Shown here one piece after another: positions 34,980 to 37,812 of a stretch of 37,812 bases of DNA. The stretch is taken from positions 1-37,812 of the forward strand of contig JBGAIN010000076.1 in NCBI GenBank assembly GCA_044225505.1, written 5' to 3'. Under the pieces are notes generated by a model. That model saw nothing but the letters and a program-made list of their open reading frames with translations, was not told the DNA's origin and made no database searches. Both the position numbers and the translations under genes were made by a program. How positions within the stretch are numbered: the stretch's first letter is position 1; every line of letters starts with the position of its first letter. Source of the DNA: Limisphaerales bacterium. Lineage in GTDB: Bacteria > Verrucomicrobiota > Verrucomicrobiia > Limisphaerales > SIBE01.

Positions 34980-36581
34980 TCAGTCGACGCTCACCCACAC
35001 TGTCTTGAGATGAGCCGGTTCATTCCGGCTCGTTGGAAAATCCAGCGGTTGCGGAGCATACAAATGTTGACGCACGTTCCGTGTATTTCCAATGGTTCGA
35101 AGCACCATCTCTTCGAACGTGGCAGGCTCAAATCCGCCGGCATTGGTTGATGCGAGGAGCGTACCTCCGGTTTTGATCAACGGCAAAGCCGCTTGCAGCA
35201 GCCGTGGGTAGTCTTTTTCGGCCTGGAAGGTCCCGAATTCCCGCGAGCGCGAAAAGGTCGGGGGGTCCAGGATGACTAAATCAAAGGAGCGACCTTTGCG
35301 TCGGAGTCGCTCCATCCAATTGATGGCGTCGCCGAAAATGAAGTCGTGTCGCTGCGGGTCCAGTCCGTTCAAAACGAAGTTTCTTTTTCCCCATTCCAAA
35401 TAGGCTTTGGATAAGTCCAGGCTCGTGGTCTGCGCTCCGGATTTGGCAGCGGCGACGGAGAAGGCGCAGGTGTAGGCAAAAGTATTCAGCACTTGGGCGG
35501 AGCCTGGCCCGTTGGGAAACAATGAGAAATCGCGAGCTACATAATGAGTGAGGAGGCGACGCCGGTTATCGCGCTGATCGAGAAACAGACCCATCGAGTA
35601 TCCCTCTCGAAAACTCAGGGCAAACGATAGTCCGTTCTCGCGCACTGTGCACTCTTCTCCAGCGAGGTCGCCGTGAATGAGGCGAGGGGAGGATTGTTCC
35701 GGGGCGGCCTGCCCGGGATTCTTCTGCAGCTGTTTCCAATACACGGCTCGCGCTCGGTAGCGGTCCTGGAATTGCGCGAGTCGTGCCGCGACGCTTTCCG
35801 ACGGCGGCGCAGGGTGATTAGAACTGGCGAGCAGGACGTTGCCCAAGCGATCCAGATACCAGCGCGATTCATCGTCGCTGAGTCCGTGGATAAGGCGGTA
35901 GCAATTCGTTTCATCGGCGGGCCAAAGGGCTTCACGCAAGGCAGAACGTGGATCCTCTTGGAATCGGTGAGGAGCCGTGAAAGTCACTTGCTGGCCGTGC
36001 GTGGGGTGATGAAAGGTCAAGGCTGCCGCGTGCAAGCAAACGCGGCGGAAGGGGCTGCCCCCGTAGGTGACATCGCCGAGAATTGGGATGCCCAGGTCAG
36101 CGGCATGAACTCGAATTTGATGAGTGCGTCCGGTCTCGGGAGTGGCTTCGATCACAAAATAGGGCGGGAGGGAGTCTGGAAGGGAGCGGAAGGTCGTCCG
36201 CGCTTCCGGGCCTGCGCCGAGTGGTCGGCTGATATACTTATCCCCAAGGCGAATGAGCTGAGATCGACACTGAATCTCGGTGCGAGGCAATGGCCGGTCG
36301 GAAAGAAGCAGATAAGTCTTCTGGACGCTGCGCTGGGTGAATTGTTCGGTTAAAGAAGCGTTGGCGGCGGGGGTTTTGGTAAAGACCAGGACACCGGAGG
36401 TCTCTTTGTCGAGCCGCTGAATGATCGCTAAGCGTTGCCAGCGAAGGTCTCGATGCCGCAGCCAGTCGTAAAGGCCTTCGCTCGCGAATGGGGCCGGCGA
36501 ATGCGTGTTCAGCCCCGCTGGTTTGTTAACCACCAGCAGATCGTCGTCTTCATGGAGAATGCAAGGCGGAGATGAAATCAC
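34980..36581 (-). CDS. RluA-family pseudouridine synthase fused to an RlmK/RlmI-like SAM methyltransferase
   Basis: RluA motifs NKPAGL, QRLDKETSG, GRTHQIRVH and GDVTYG; then GLFLDQR, VLNTFAYT, DLSKAYLEW and ILDPPTF. GTG 36581 overlaps the upstream stop (GTGA). Confidence 0.9.
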   Translation of the reverse strand: MISSPPCILHEDDDLLVVNKPAGLNTHSPAPFASEGLYDWLRHRDLRWQRLAIIQRLDKETSGVLVFTKTPAANASLTEQFTQRSVQKTYLLLSDRPLPRTEIQCRSQLIRLGDKYISRPLGAGPEARTTFRSLPDSLPPYFVIEATPETGRTHQIRVHAADLGIPILGDVTYGGSPFRRVCLHAAALTFHHPTHGQQVTFTAPHRFQEDPRSALREALWPADETNCYRLIHGLSDDESRWYLDRLGNVLLASSNHPAPPSESVAARLAQFQDRYRARAVYWKQLQKNPGQAAPEQSSPRLIHGDLAGEECTVRENGLSFALSFREGYSMGLFLDQRDNRRRLLTHYVARDFSLFPNGPGSAQVLNTFAYTCAFSVAAAKSGAQTTSLDLSKAYLEWGKRNFVLNGLDPQRHDFIFGDAINWMERLRRKGRSFDLVILDPPTFSRSREFGTFQAEKDYPRLLQAALPLIKTGGTLLASTNAGGFEPATFEEMVLRTIGNTRNVRQHLYAPQPLDFPTSRNEPAHLKTVWVSVD

Positions 36582-37315
36582 CAGAAATGCCAGGCTCCCC
36601 GGCTGATCACCCAGCACCCAAGCAAGAAGTTTGTAATTGCATGAGCGGTCATGGCATCGCCAAGGCGATCTTTACGGATCACTAAACCTTGATAGACCAT
36701 GCCACAAAGGATTCCCGGGAGCCACTCGTAATGTGCCAGCCCGAAAATCGTGGAGGTTACCAGGAAGGGCATCCAGGCAAAGTGGCGTAACGCCATGGCT
36801 AGGAAGTCCTGTCGGGCGATGTATCTGTAAAGGAACGAGCGGTAGAACACCTCTTCCAAAGGAGGCACGACAAGGGTCGATCCGAGCAAGCGCGCGATCG
36901 CGAAACCCCAGGCCAGCGCCGGCCCAAATTGTTGATGCGGGTTCCAAGGGGCGGGCGTTTCAACGGGCGTCACGCACCATTTTTCGAATCCCAGCGGTTT
37001 GAGAATCGGACACAGGAGCGTGCGTCCGAGGGAATCGATGGAAGGATAGTATCCGTCTAAACCGACCCAAAACGCGAATACACCAATGCCGACAACGACA
37101 GCCTCCCAACTCCATTGCCAACGCAGCTCTTTGATCCAGGGTGAAAGCGACCAAACCATGGCGGCTCCCACTAGAGTCTTCGCGAAGTAAACCCAGTAGC
37201 GCGACGCTTCTCCGAATTTGCCTTGGCAAGCGGTGAGGAGCACAAAGACAACAAATGGGGCGGCACGAACGAGCGCGGGTTGGGTGCGCCAGTCCTTCGA
37301 GGAGGAATGGGTCAT
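36578..37315 (-). CDS. CPBP/CAAX family intramembrane protease
   Basis: Multiple TM segments; motifs PPLEEVFYR, FGLAH and AHAITN. Confidence 0.9.
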   Translation of the reverse strand: MTHSSSKDWRTQPALVRAAPFVVFVLLTACQGKFGEASRYWVYFAKTLVGAAMVWSLSPWIKELRWQWSWEAVVVGIGVFAFWVGLDGYYPSIDSLGRTLLCPILKPLGFEKWCVTPVETPAPWNPHQQFGPALAWGFAIARLLGSTLVVPPLEEVFYRSFLYRYIARQDFLAMALRHFAWMPFLVTSTIFGLAHYEWLPGILCGMVYQGLVIRKDRLGDAMTAHAITNFLLGCWVISRGAWHFW

Positions 37316-37339
37316 GGAACGCGAGGGGAATCCGACGGA

Positions 37340-37810
37340 TTAGCGAAGTTTCAGAACCGCCGGACGCCCGCCTTTTACTAAACGAACTTGCTGGCGTTCA
37401 ATCGCGACGATTTTAGCGCCGTCGATTTCGTCCCCTACGAAGACGGACTGACCATCGATGAGCGCAGATGCCCTGGATGATCGGTAAAAGATGCCCTGGA
37501 GTTTCATGCCCAGAGCGATCGGTTCGACGTTTGCAGGGGGCGCAGACTCGACCGCGACGGGCGCGGGTGCCGGCGCTAAGCCCGAGGTCTGACGACTCCC
37601 GCTGGATATGACGCTTACCGTCTTGTTGGACAAGGGCTCCGAAAGGGCCGGAGCCTGGACGATGGGTGCTGGAGAGGCATTCACTGGAGCAGATAAAGCC
37701 TTAATCTCCGCCTCCGATGCGAGATTATTCGACGCCAAGGCGTGAAGCACGTTGGTGGCTTTCTGGAACGAGGCGACGAATCCGTTGGTCGCACGATGAG
37801 GCGGGTTCAG
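37340..37810 (-). CDS. Partial hypothetical protein with a C-terminal GspB/GspC-like small beta domain
   Basis: Frame stays open to the window edge; Pro/Ala linker, then KLQGIFY...ALIDG...VGDEIDGAKIVAIE. Confidence 0.7.
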   Translation of the reverse strand: MNPPHRATNGFVASFQKATNVLHALASNNLASEAEIKALSAPVNASPAPIVQAPALSEPLSNKTVSVISSGSRQTSGLAPAPAPVAVESAPPANVEPIALGMKLQGIFYRSSRASALIDGQSVFVGDEIDGAKIVAIERQQVRLVKGGRPAVLKLR

Positions 37811-37812
37811 GC

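Overview
Chromosomal window, probably from a Verrucomicrobiota bacterium (inferred from gene content and a C-terminal 'TD...RFYR' domain on a large secreted Ig/LamG protein). The left 20 kb is mostly housekeeping and metabolism: an amino-sugar cluster (DegT aminotransferase, Gfo/Idh/MocA oxidoreductase, nagB, divergent nagA), a REC-PAS-PAS-PP2C phosphatase, galE, hisH, Mn-type sodA, frr, an FtsB-like gene, a lipoprotein, an Xer recombinase, topoisomerase III, a response regulator, and an MFS/DapA-family pair. A 1261-aa secreted multidomain protein and a GH101-like protein follow. The best candidate for an undescribed system is 25.5-33.2 kb. There a near-consensus sigma-54 promoter precedes four genes of unknown function: a tandem-duplicated acidic/glycine-zipper protein, an HExxH protein, a 625-aa protein and an M35-like HExxH peptidase. 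A convergent sigma-54 activator with a GAFTSA loop closes the block. Both halves of the first protein and the peptidase share an acidic leader motif, [DE][TP]E[AT]F[EG]. Other features are a palindromic array with 11-bp period upstream of xerC, a similar hairpin at 31.55 kb, several apparently leaderless promoters and an RluA-methyltransferase fusion. All calls come from reading motifs by eye; no database searches were run.
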